Positions 51,219 to 63,366 of a stretch of 64,000 nucleotides of DNA are shown here, in pieces. Below the pieces are notes generated by a model. It did no database searches, was not told the origin of the DNA, and saw only the letters and a list, made by a program, of their open reading frames with translations. Numbering within the stretch: the stretch's first letter is position 1; the number at the start of each line of letters is the position of its first letter. Location: NCBI GenBank assembly GCA_013239625.1, contig MU053881.1:6347957-6411956 (forward strand). The letters are read 5' to 3'. The position numbers were made by a program, and so were the translations under genes. This stretch comes from Lama guanicoe. Its lineage: Eukaryota.

Positions 51219-54200
51219 ATATAGTGGGATCTTATTGTGTATTTAGTATTATGTACTATTAAATGACACAAAAGAAACATTTTTCAACTGACTTCAGATT
51301 TCATGCTGATAGATGTATGTTTATACTACATTCCCTATCTACAAATACCAAAGCAATGAGGACTGAAATTTTCTAATAATGTTTCTAGACATGGCATTAC
51401 TAGATCAAAGGGTATGTACATTTTTATGACTCTGAACATGTACTGCAAATAACTTAACAGTAATACTGGATTAGTATGTGGTTTTTCTAACAGTGTGGAA
51501 TAAGAGGCACAAAGACATGGATGTCAAATAACTGTTTAGTTACTTAGCATTTAACACAAGACTGGATATGTAGGACTTCAGACTTCACTTAGCCAAACAG
51601 GCAAACAGAAATCTAAATCAAGCAAGCGAGAAATACTTCTGTGTGAAGAGTCACCCTCACTTTTTAGTAACACATCCAATATATTAGTCAGAAGGTAGAA
51701 TTTTTGAATAAGAGTTGCTTAAAGTGTAGTTCAGGGATCACCGAAATCAAAATTAGTAGGAGTACTTATAGAGAATTCTGGAACCTGCCCTAAATATACT
51801 GCATCAGCATCTCAGAGAAGTACAGAAATTTGCACTTAACAAACTCCCCTGTAACAGGATTCTTACATACACCATAGTTTGAGAACCACCTTTCCAGAAG
51901 CATCATATTGAGGATTTGGAACTATAATGAAGCTTTGGGGACTTAGCTGAAACTAATTTTTTTCTTTTAGCTAGTAATTCACATTTCAATTTTATAGAAA
52001 TCACTGTATAACAAATAGAAACACAGAGAAATCTTGTTCTGTTCAGTAAAACTAGAAAAAGATAAATTATCCCTTTCCAATCAGAAAAATAGTAATAATG
52101 ACAATGTAACTTAAGATACATCTTTTATTTCCATGATCAAAGAGTATGTCCTAAGTGGAAATTAGAATCCTAAACATGACGTATCTGTAGAGCAAGTAAT
52201 TTGGAGTTTGACCAGCCTAGGTCTGAATTCCATCTTCACTACTTTCCATTTGTGAAAACTTCTGGCATATTTTAATTACAACATCAAAACCCTCCAAGAA
52301 AAGAAACATCTCTTCATATTCACCTAGTATAGTGGTTGAAAGCTGTTTAGCAGAGCATGAATGAAATAAATTCCCAATTTCAAATGACCAAGATAACCAA
52401 TCTCATGAAGACCACTTTTGCTTTAATGTCAACTTCAGTATTATTACAATCACTCCATCAATTCACATTTCCATTTACAATTTTTCCACTCCTCTTATCT
52501 TTTCTTTCATTGTCACCAAGGTCTACTAGTAGTATCCTTATCTTTTTACTCATTGCTTTCCTTTTTAGGGGAGAATAACTTCAACTAACATTTAAATTTA
52601 GTAACAATGAGAAAGAAGGTCTTTCAAGTATCTTATTTTTCAGACTTTTAGATTTCCAGCCCTTTTAATATAGAAAGATTATCCTTTATCTATGACCTTT
52701 TTTAAATTACCTGAGTGGCTGTGGAGGGTAATTCAAAGCATATAGGTCTAGAGATAAGCATTTTCAATTAACATTTTAATGTATTTTCTTCTAATCTTTT
52801 GGGTGAGTTTTAAAAAATATTTATATATTTGTAATGTGTTATCCTTTAAAATATAACATTGTATCAAAAGCATCAGACCATGTCAATAAAATTTTTCATA
52901 AAAGAAAAAAGTTTGGTTATGTCTAAAATGAGGGAGTACAAAAACTTCTCACTCTCAATCCAAACAAAATTCCACTGGTTGCTTGATACTTATTTCATTA
53001 GATGCCATTCTGTAACTTATTTAATCAATCTTCTATTCTTTTAAATATCACTGGGTACACAAAGTTTTGTCTGCATTTCAAATTATTTCCTCAGGTATAC
53101 TTCTGGACATAAAACCCTGAGTCAACATATGTGAACATTTTTAAGGACCTTGTTATTTTAATTATATTTTATGTGGTTTGGTTTCTCTGAAGCAAACATG
53201 AAGGAAAAATGGGTTATAAAATAAGCTGTAAAACAAAAGATAACAGAATTATTACTTTGAAAGTCAAATTTTAGAAACATACCTTCAGTTTAATACCTAG
53301 AGAATCTATTCTAATTGACAACTTGTAATAAAAATGCTAAATGCAAAATGTTTATGTACTTGGTCATAAACTTCAAGGTCTTAAAGAAAAGATATGCATA
53401 TAACAAAGTTCAGAAAAATTTCACCTCTAATACATAAAAACCACCACGAAAGACCATAAAAATCTTTGTTTATGACAATATACAGTTTTATATATTTATT
53501 CCTCCCAAAAAATGTCTGACTTCAAATAATGTTTGGCTTCCTGAAATTGGCTGATTTAACTATGAATACTATTGGAAAGCAGGCTATTTTAATATATACC
53601 AGGACGAATTCTTATCTCACTGAGAATTCTTAACTGTCTTTACAGGACTTGAATAGATATTAGCTATAAAGCCCAAGCTATTAACTCCAAATATTACCCA
53701 TATTTTCCCAAAGTTTCCATGTAGAAATTTTTAAATGTTTTCTGACATATAAAGGCCTAGATTTAAGTTTAAATTAGAGGCATCCTGTTCCTTAAAGGTG
53801 AATCCAACAGCTGTGGTCAAAAAATAAAAACTAAATTTAATAAATCACTAATTTATAAATAGAGAACTTAACATAGCTTGCTGATACTCTGTTGGGTTGA
53901 CTCAAATGTATAGCTTTGAATGACTATAGCTACCTCAAGAGACAGATTTCTATAACTGCTTAAGGTAATGGCTACTAGAGAATATTTAAATGGAAAGTAA
54001 AAAATAAACCATATCATTCTTCTCAAATATACATGACTTTAAGATATAAGTGAACATGAAATGAAGTTTATATGCATTTCTTGTCATAGAATTTGGTCTA
54101 TTTTTAATCATCTTTCTGCCAATATAGAAAGACAACACTAAGAATCCAAAGATTCTTATAAATTTACAAAGAGCCATGTCTGGAAATCCTAAATCTGTTC

Positions 54201-54836
54201 ACATATGACCTAGCAATGATAACTTACCACCTATCTATAAATCAAAATTCCCAGCAGTATAATAATTTGTATTTTTAGCAAGTATCCTAAGCTTGCTTAA
54301 AATCAGAGAATCACAAGAGGCACTAAATTAGAATTATCTCCCATTCCTCTTTCCTTGCCATCCTACAAAACAGAAGTATCTCCAATTTTCCACTCAAAGC
54401 ATTTTCCTTTCTACATCCAAACCTGATTAGAAAAATAAGTGAACATGACTAGAAACAGCTTTGGGTTCCAAGCTCAGTGTATAGCTGTGTGACCTTAAGT
54501 AAGTCATCAATTTCTATGGATTGGGATCGAGGAGATAATTCTTTATCTATTAGAATGGTTGGTCTAGATAGCATTTCCCATACTATATTTCATAAAATAT
54601 AAGTAGATATTCCCCACAGAAAAGGTTTCTATGGTTAAGGAATTTTGATACATGCTAAGGATTATTTAAAGGCAAGCACTTCTTAAAACCTTTAATTGCC
54701 AATATGCATTATAAATTTCCAAGAGAGAAATATATAGTAGATGGGCTTTTCCAAATTTCCAAGTTTATATGGCGAAAAAATGCTATCTGATCTACAGAAA
54801 ACAGCTTGGAAAGTACTCATTTAAATTATATCTATT

Positions 54837-54986
54837 GGGAGGAGGCTATAGGCCAGTGGTAGAGCATATGCTTAGCATGTACGAGGTCCTGGGTTCAATC
54901 CCCAGTACCCCTCTGTCAAAAAAACAAACAAACCTAATTACCTCATCCCCAACACACACACACACACACCCACAAAGTCCTAAAAC
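54837..54986 (+). mobile_element. tRNA-derived SINE (camelid-type), long form with (CA)n in the tail
   Basis: ccagtggtagagcatatgcttagcatg...gggttcaatccccagtacc...aacctaattacctc. TSD taaattatatc(ta/cg)t at 54822-54835 and 54987-55000. Confidence 0.92.
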
Positions 54987-55119
54987 TAAATTATATCCGT
55001 AGTCTCTTCTAGATCCTAACATTTTGTAATTCTAAACACACTGTGCACTGGTTACACTGAAGTAGAAAAGAGCCGTGTTGTTGTTGCTGTAGTCACCATC
55101 ATCCTCGCTGTCACAGCAG

Positions 55120-55335
55120 TTAACACTCATCGCGCACTATGTATCAGGCACTGGGCCAACGATTTTATATGTACTTTCATTTAATCTCAAAACTTTCCTA
55201 AAATGTAAGTACTGTTATTCCATCTTCCAGATGAAGAACGAAGGGCTTAGAGAGATTATATATTCACCAAAAATCATAAGTCTATGAAGAGAGAGGACTG
55301 GGAATTAAATCCAAACAATGATTCTAGAATCAGAA
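55120..55335 (-). mobile_element. MIR SINE
   Basis: cactatgtatcaggcactggg...tcatttaatctc...gtactgttattccatcttccagatgaagaa. Confidence 0.75.
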
Positions 55336-55972
55336 AAGAGTATGACTTTTGGCCTAATCTTGCTGCAGTGTCTGAAGACTTTTCCTAAAACATATTAATT
55401 TAAAAAAGTTAATGAGCCCATAGATTACTAGCAATATTATCTACATAAATATCATGTCATATCTACATGACAATAGGACAGAGTCACATTTGAGAACTAT
55501 GTTCAAGGTACTAGTTCAGATCGTAGTTTTCTTTAAAAAAAATCAACACATTAAGATAAACTTTATTTTAAAAGTTTTATCTTTAAAAATAAATTCTTCA
55601 ATAAAAAAGATGTTCATTTTAGCAGTAATTATAATGTTATAAGAAATGTTGAAAAATAGGGATAAGCTTAGGATAACTCACAGTTATTACATATGTACCT
55701 TGCATAACCATTTTAGGTCTTGGGAGAGGAAAACATAGATCGTATTGACTTATACAGTCCCCTAGATTATTTTACCGCAATGTTTAACCGATAATGGACA
55801 AGTGGTCATTTTCCCCTTCCCCTTCTCTATAGCTTAGGTTAAAATAAAAGCAAGAAAAGAGCACACATTTAACTTAAAAGGGGCAAGGGTGGGGTGAGTT
55901 AAAAACAAACTTAGTTCCTTACGATGATTTAAAAAAAAAAGTAAGACAGAGCATGTCTTCAAGCAAATAATT

Positions 55973-56153
55973 CAGTGGTTCTCAAACTTTAGTGAACATC
56001 AGAATCATCTGAAGAGAGTGTTAAAACAGATTGCTGAGCCCGCCCTCAGAGCTTCAGATTCAGTAGGTACAGCGGGGCCCAAGAATTTGTATTTCTAACG
56101 AGTTTCCAGGTGGATTAATGCTGCCGACTTGGAGACTCAGTTTGAGACCACTG
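55973..56153. mobile_element. MER5A hAT-Charlie element
   Basis: Termini cagtggttctcaaact ... agtttgagaccactg, with internal cagattcagtagg...aagaatttgtatttctaac. Confidence 0.9.
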
Positions 56154-57209
56154 CTGTAATTCTCTAGTTTTAACCTCTGGAATCCTTTCCTCTGCTGATG
56201 AACATAGAATTCTTACCTTCTTTCTTTCATTCTGCCACTCTCTGCCACTCTCCTATACCCTCCTTGGAAACAAACTCATTCATTTTCCTTCTCATCACAA
56301 TCACACCTGAACTGTTCTTTTTGGTTGTTTGAAGCAGAGAAGCAGGTGAATGGTAGTACTGTCATTTTTCATGTAATACGGAGCGTCAGAGTTTACAACG
56401 TACTTTCTCATATATTCATTTAGTTAGCATTCATAATTCTAGTCAGTAGGCTGACAGAGCTTATGTTTTAAAGTAGTACTAGAATTTATATCTTGATAAA
56501 TTGTAAACTGCTTCTCCTGCTCTTTTCTCTTCTGGTGATCCATTCTTTTATTCCTATTTGAATTACCTGATTTTTCTGACATAAGATACAACATAACTGA
56601 TGTTGGCATAACATATTGATATAATTATTACCAAAAAGACCAATGAATTTTTTTTTTCAACTGTGGAAAACAAAGTTGGAGAAGTTTAGTTTCACAGACC
56701 CAGTTAATGGCCAATGTACTGCATGACTGACCCCTAAAAAGGATAGCAGAGGAAAAGCAAAAGAGGAGGCAGCACACACAAATCCAATACAAGCATCAAA
56801 AGCAAAAAAGGATAGAAAACTAGAGATTTGAACACATTATAGATTTGATTTAGGTCAGAAGTCACACTTTTGTCTCCTTCTACAAGAGTTTTAGAATCAG
56901 ACTGGTTGGGTTTTAATTGCCAGTTCTGTCTGGCAGTAGGGAAAAACAAACTTAGACTATCTGCCAATATTATAATGACTGTAACTATTTGCCCCAAAGA
57001 CAAACTGCTTCCAAATTCTCCACAAAAAAATCAATCTGTGATAGTTAAGTTAATCAAATTCCAAAACAGATCAAAAATTATACTAGATATTCTAAAGACT
57101 AGATTACATTAAACTCTTTCAAGGAGATAATAGCGATAATTAAAAAAAATTTAGTCTTATCTTTTTATGAATAACAGCAGCTTTTTCTTTTAAGTATCTG
57201 CATTGTATT

Positions 57210-57425
57210 AAATTCTATGCTAGGTACTTCTCACGTAACTTACTTCATCCTCACGATTCTCTGTAAAAGGGATCCTATGTAAAAGGTCTCCTGTTGATAG
57301 GTGAGGAAACTGATACGTAGAAAAGTTAATGGATTTTCCCAGGATAGTTAAGAAATAGTTAAGATAATACAGATCAGGCTTGAGGTCTATTTGACTAAAA
57401 GCCCAAGCTGTTTCCCACTACAACA
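57210..57425 (-). mobile_element. MIR SINE
   Basis: tatgctaggtact...catcctcac...gataggtgaggaaactga. Confidence 0.65.
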
Positions 57426-59981
57426 CTGCAGCTTTATTCTAAATAGATAAATCCTTTCTTAACTGGATTGTTTGATAGTTATCTTATTTGAGGGGAGGAA
57501 AAAAAATCACAAGTTTCTCAAATACATATAAATCCATTTCTCCGCACCGCCTACCAGAAATAAGTAAGGTGACTACCTTTACGATTTCTACCTTGGGTTG
57601 CTTTTTAAATATTCAAAATAAACAATCATCTTTATCTTATTATAACACATGACAGAGGTTATATGCAGTTCTCATTACGATGTTTTCTTAAACTCTAACT
57701 GCTAAACTTAAATGAGAGGCATTTGGTACAATCTGAAAAATATTCAGTTCAATTAAAAGTAATTGATGCATAGTGAAATAATTCTTCCCAAAGCTGCTGT
57801 AAAATCTTCAAAAAAATAAAGCTACTTAATAATTTTCATCTCCTACAGGCTAGAGAGAGGCATTATTGCATATTAAAAATTGGAGTGTAGTTTTCCCAGA
57901 GGTAAAAGAAAGTTATTAAAACAACCTATTTATTGTTGATATAACTATCCATTTGTGCCACACAAAAAGTAACAAATTTCAGTACATTAAAAGAAAAGCT
58001 AATTAAGGTATAATTAGTATTTTCTGTATTTTGATAATTAGGGGTTAGTTGGCTATTCCTTTTGAAATTTCTATTTGATGCACCCCGACAATGCCTTTAA
58101 TGAGCAACTAATGCTATTGAATCCCTCATGGCAGAGGAGTTTAGTGACCACCACTACATTACTTTCATTTATCACTGCCTCTTTACCTATAAATTAATCT
58201 AGCCCTGTAGCTATGTTGATCTACTTTATATCAATTTCTTCATCCATATCAGCTGAATATGTATGGCATTAACCTCATTTGCTAGTTGAGAAAAGCAGAA
58301 TTAAAATGAGATCTAATTTCTCGTGCACAGCACAATTTCAAAACTGCCTGCTAATTTCCACCACCTGTCAGTGTGAAGAGCCTTTACTTTCTTGTAATTA
58401 AATAAAACAGTATATTTTTTTAGTAGCTCGGAAAAATGCTAATCTTTCAAAAGTGTTTCAGTGATCATTAATCATGAGGACAGTAAATGAGCTTATTCAG
58501 AATGTTCATTTATCCTTTGTTTCAGCTAAAAAAAAATATTTTTTGGCCTTTCCACAGAAAGAAAAAAATAAAGTACCAGATGGAATATAAACATTAACTA
58601 TTACAATCCATGCTACTGAAGTTACTATTTATCTTGTTTACTGCCGCATGGTGGTAAGATGTTTACTAACATTACGTAACTCAGAGGTAGCTCGCCTAAT
58701 AAAATAAGCAGGAATATAGTAAGCACAAAATATTCTCTAAAATCAGTAGGAATCTAATAAATACACCCTGCATCCACCTATGTAAAGAACCTAAATTTAT
58801 ATGACTTAGAACGTAGTAAAATTTGAGAATAATTTTCAATAAAACATTTAAACAAATTCATCTAATAAACTGCCTACTATGCTACACATTAAACTGTTGC
58901 CTAAGTGTAGCATTTGAACAAAGTGTCATTCAGACTTAGACAAGCATAGTTAAACATATTTATTTGGACTTTACTAGATTTTCCAAACATACAATACAAC
59001 CAATAGAAAAAATATGAAACTACCAAGAAAACAAAAAGAAATATTGTCTGTTATTTTAATAATAAGAGATGGCAAATTAATTCTTTGTTATATTTCTTCT
59101 GTCTTTTTTCTAATACTTTAGTTTTTATTTTTTATATTATTGTAATTTCACTATATATGTGTAAGCTAATAAATAGCCTCCAATTCAGGTTTATTATTCA
59201 TATATATTTTTCAATAAGCCTACTTTGTTAATTTTTATTCCTAGTAATTAGATAAGAATATGAACTAGTGATGAACAATATGTATTTGAGCAAGAAAAAT
59301 ATAAACACATACACAAATATATTATTAAAATGTTTACTTAGTATCAGGCTTGCTCTCAGGCTAAACATATCTATTCTTCAAATATTAACATGCTTTGGAA
59401 ATAATATGATTATTTTCTTATATTTATCCCACCAAAAAAGCATAACATATAAGGATATAAATGATTAAGTAATTAATATAGAGAACTTTTAAGAATTATT
59501 AAAGAAATGATTTAAAAACTGATCGTTGATATTCCTCACTCGGATTTGTAGAAAACATCTGACCACTGTAGGATCACTATCTTGAAGACTAAAACTCTTT
59601 TGGAAGTATTTTAATCATATTCATTTACAAACTAATCACTTTTTGTATCATTCCAATTGATCATTAAGTTATTATATATATAGCAGGTGTTAAGCATTTC
59701 TTGAAGCTGTAAGGAATGAAGATGTGGATGGAATATTGACAAATACTAAGTAGCTTCAGGGTTTCTGAGGCAGAAGCAGGAGGGATCCTCTCTCATCCTA
59801 ACTCCCTTCAAGCAAGCTACTTAAAGCAATTATCAACAAAGAAAATACTTTCAGGAATGAAGCAGGAGATTCTCACTGACAACTATTTTGGCACTAAATA
59901 ATAAGAAAGAAAACCAGTTTTGCAACACCCTCAAAGGTGAACACATTGCTAGTATGAATTCAGTAGATTTGCATAGCTCAC

Positions 59982-60036
59982 CTTTTGATTTTTAGGGAAA
60001 GATCATCTTGTGGAAGATTTCCACAACTCCCAATGC
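59982..60036 (-). other. Candidate 55-nt internal exon of an unidentified minus-strand gene
   Basis: gtttttcttaatag|GCATTGGGAG...AATCAAAAG|gtgagc, in unique sequence. Confidence 0.5.
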
Positions 60037-62157
60037 CTATTAAGAAAAACTACAGACCAATGTGGGGAGAAGAGAAATGTTTGAGTTGTAAAATTTAAGA
60101 ACTAAAACCTCTTTAAATTGAATATTCTTTAGTGCTGAAAACTCTTTAAGATATATCTTAGTCACATGCCACATAATGTTTCACTTACAATTCTTATCAC
60201 AACGCCTTAGAAACATTTCATACATCAGATGTTGGATAAGTATACCTGAGGCAGAAAGCTTACCACTAAAAGAAAGTACTACTTTCTGCCTTTTTTTTTT
60301 AATTAAGAAAACAATCCAAACTATGTCACTAATTATCTGAAAGCACATGAAGCTTTACTTTGTGCACTTTGTCCAGAAATGTTAAATTCTATAAATGCTG
60401 CAAAATTTATAATCATTTAAAATAAATGGGAAAAAAAGAAGAAAAAAACATTTAAATACTCTGTGGGTAAGCATATACTTTACTAAGTAATCACAAAGAA
60501 TCATTACCTTTGGATTCTTCTAGGATGTAGCATAGTGATCAGCATAAGGGAGACACAAGTGTCTAAGGATTCCATGTATAAAGAATTATATGATTACATA
60601 TAATTCACATAAGATTTGATGCCAAATTTGGTATATTTGAATTTGGTGTGATACATAATACATAGGAGCCAGTTTAAAAATAATAAACTAAGCTCATTAT
60701 TTTTCCAATTTAAATACTGTATTTCTCCAACTTGCATCATAATTTGAATTGTTAATGGTTACTAAGATTTCAACTTTACATTTTTCTGCTGCAAACTTCC
60801 TTGTCTAGTACTTAATGCTCTTGAATCAACATTTAAATGCACTTAGGCAGTGGAGTGTCAAGTTTAACTTGGCAAATCCATTTAATAAAGCAAAACCATT
60901 AAAAAAATAATTAGGCCTTAAGCTGCTTTGCTCAACTTTCTCTTATGCAAGGACATAGAAAGTGTTTTTTCAATAGTTAATGAATACCACGTACGATGAA
61001 TTAAGTGGGAAAGAATGTAGAGGAGCCATCTTTTTTAAAGAAAAGGGCCTGTCTGAATTCTGATGTATTACGTATGTATTAGATGTATTATATGACAATT
61101 GAAAGAACAAATCCCTGCACAATAAAACATTCCAGCAGTATAAGCATTAACTTGCACTACACTCACTAATTATCCAAGAAGAGAAAAATCTAGCTAGTTC
61201 TAATAACACTCAATCACAGAGGCAAATTATGATACATTTACACAGGAAATGTGAAAACAGCCCAGAATGAAAGTTCAAAAAGTTTAAAACACTTAAGGGA
61301 AAAAATCGCCAAAGTCAGTGATCATTATTCTCTAACACTCAAGATAACCTTAACTATCGAAGGTACGTTCTTCCCCCCTATAACCTGCATTGATATACTT
61401 GTCACACTAGAATATATATCTTTAATATTAAACGTTTACTGTTTAAATATTTTAAAGCTGCTACAAGTTTTCACCAAAGTGAAAATTCTATGCACAAAAC
61501 AGTTTTCAAGTGATTTCTTAAATGCTTTTTCCTAAAACTGTGTTATTAAACACAAATACAAAAATTGTTTTGCCAAAAACTGAAATATATTCAAGTTACC
61601 TGGAAATGCAGCAAGTACCTTATTTCAACATTGGATTGCACTTACAGTTACAGCAGTCCACTGAAGTTACTATTACGATATGTTTTTCTGTTTCATTATT
61701 CAAGTGCTTTCCTATCCAATTTACCAGTAACTGTCAGTAACATTCTATACAGGAGGACCTCACAATTGTAGGGAGAGAATGCCATCTGCTGCTTCATGTG
61801 GTACTCAACAGGAGAAATGCTTGATAACAGGTAGAGTAATTACAAAAAAAAAATTTAGAAATCCATATGTAAAGCTGATACTTTAAAACTGAAATATTCC
61901 CACTTCTATTTCAGATAACTTGAAAATACATCAATAAGCACTCACTGTCTTAGTGCAAATTCCAAGGTGTTTCACAGAATTACAAGGATACAATATGCTT
62001 ATACATCACCAGTTCCTGATGATTAGAAATAAAGCTTTTACTCAGCTATGTACAGCCACAGAATCAAAAGAAAAGGATCACTTGCATGGCCTTAACAAAG
62101 TTATTTCCCGTTTATGAATTAATACAATATCCTATTCACAAACATATGACTTATACA

Positions 62158-62295
62158 TAAAGTGACCATTTAAGTTATTATCCAAATAGGGACATTTTTG
62201 AGAATGAAAGGTGAAGCAACTACCTACCAATTACGGCAGCACAACAAGTGTGAACTGGGACAATCTTAGGCAAATCTGGATGTACAGTCACCCTA
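62158..62295. mobile_element. MER94-like hAT-Blackjack element
   Basis: gtgaccat...tccaaatagggacatttttgagaatgaaagg...ctgggacaatcttaggcaaatctggatgtacagtcacccta. Confidence 0.8.
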
Positions 62296-62404
62296 TTTAT
62301 AAGTTATTATGCTGCCTTTGTTCCCTTGACTTCATAACAATGCCCTGAGAATCTTTCCGAAAGCAATTTGGAAATTTTTAGGAAACAGCTAGTTCAGGAA
62401 GATG

Positions 62405-62409
<5 letters not shown>

Positions 62410-62435
<26 letters not shown>

Positions 62436-62492
62436 GAAAGAAAGAAAGAAAGAAAGAGAGAAAGAAAGAAAAGAAAAAGAAAGAAGAGAAAA
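62410..62492. repeat. A25 followed by a (GAAA)n purine tract
   Basis: Read directly. Confidence 0.95.
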
Positions 62493-62747
62493 GGTGAGGG
62501 TGGTGGAAAAAACAAGAATGCATTTCCCAGACAATACAATGACTCAATTTACGTAACTACTTCAAACATCCTCATTTTTTCACTTACTTCATTTTGTTAT
62601 ACTATTTGAAATTCTCTGGCACTACTAAGTATCTTCTTTCGAAAAGGCAAATTCTTTCCAGGATAATTCATTCATGCATTAATTGGAATTCTTCACTTTT
62701 GACACCTAGAAGATGCTAAGTATCTGGAAAGAAAGCACATTTGTAAG

Positions 62748-62752
<5 letters not shown>

Positions 62753-62778
<26 letters not shown>
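62753..62778. repeat. (TG)13 microsatellite
   Basis: Read directly. Confidence 0.97.
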
Positions 62779-62783
<5 letters not shown>

Positions 62784-63261
62784 TGCTGTGCACAGTACAG
62801 TGATGAAGAAAAGAGAGGTACAGATCATTGCAGAGGATGAAATCCCTCTGGTGGTGACTGATTGTATAGGATGTCAAATCTGGGAGTGAAGAAAAGAAGA
62901 GAAAATCTCTAAGACTAACTTGTCTACTTGAAATTTTAAATCCTAAGAAGGAAAGAGAACTTGTTTCCTCCTCAATTTCTGGTGCCCCAGTTTAGGAGGC
63001 CAAAATTCAGGCAATTTCTACTAGTACTACGGTGGATCAGTGTCATTGATTACATAGCTCTTTGTAGATATATTTTTCAAGGAAAATACATTCCAAGATC
63101 TAAACAATCACATTTTAAGTAACATTTGGAATGTACTTATTGGTGAAATTTTGTAACCAACAAAAGCAAAACTGATGTTTATCGTATAGTTGACTTGAAC
63201 AAGTAAAGGGAATTAAGAACAAAGTTCAAATACAGCTTTTGATAGATATTCAGAAGCCAAG

Positions 63262-63266
<5 letters not shown>

Positions 63267-63294
<28 letters not shown>
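63267..63294. repeat. (TG)14 microsatellite
   Basis: Read directly. Confidence 0.97.
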
Positions 63295-63298
<4 letters not shown>

Positions 63299-63366
63299 TA
63301 AAAAAGATTCTTCCTTACCCAATTTTAAAATTTAAAATCTAATTTTAATGGATTAAAAATTACAAT

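Noticed and set aside
56210..56320. Strong minus-strand donor AAG|GTAAGA after a purine-rich stretch
   Set aside because: The upstream acceptor context is A-rich and lacks a polypyrimidine tract.
62368..62556. Lys/Glu/Arg-rich ORF
   Set aside because: Translation of the poly(A)/(GAAA)n simple repeat.
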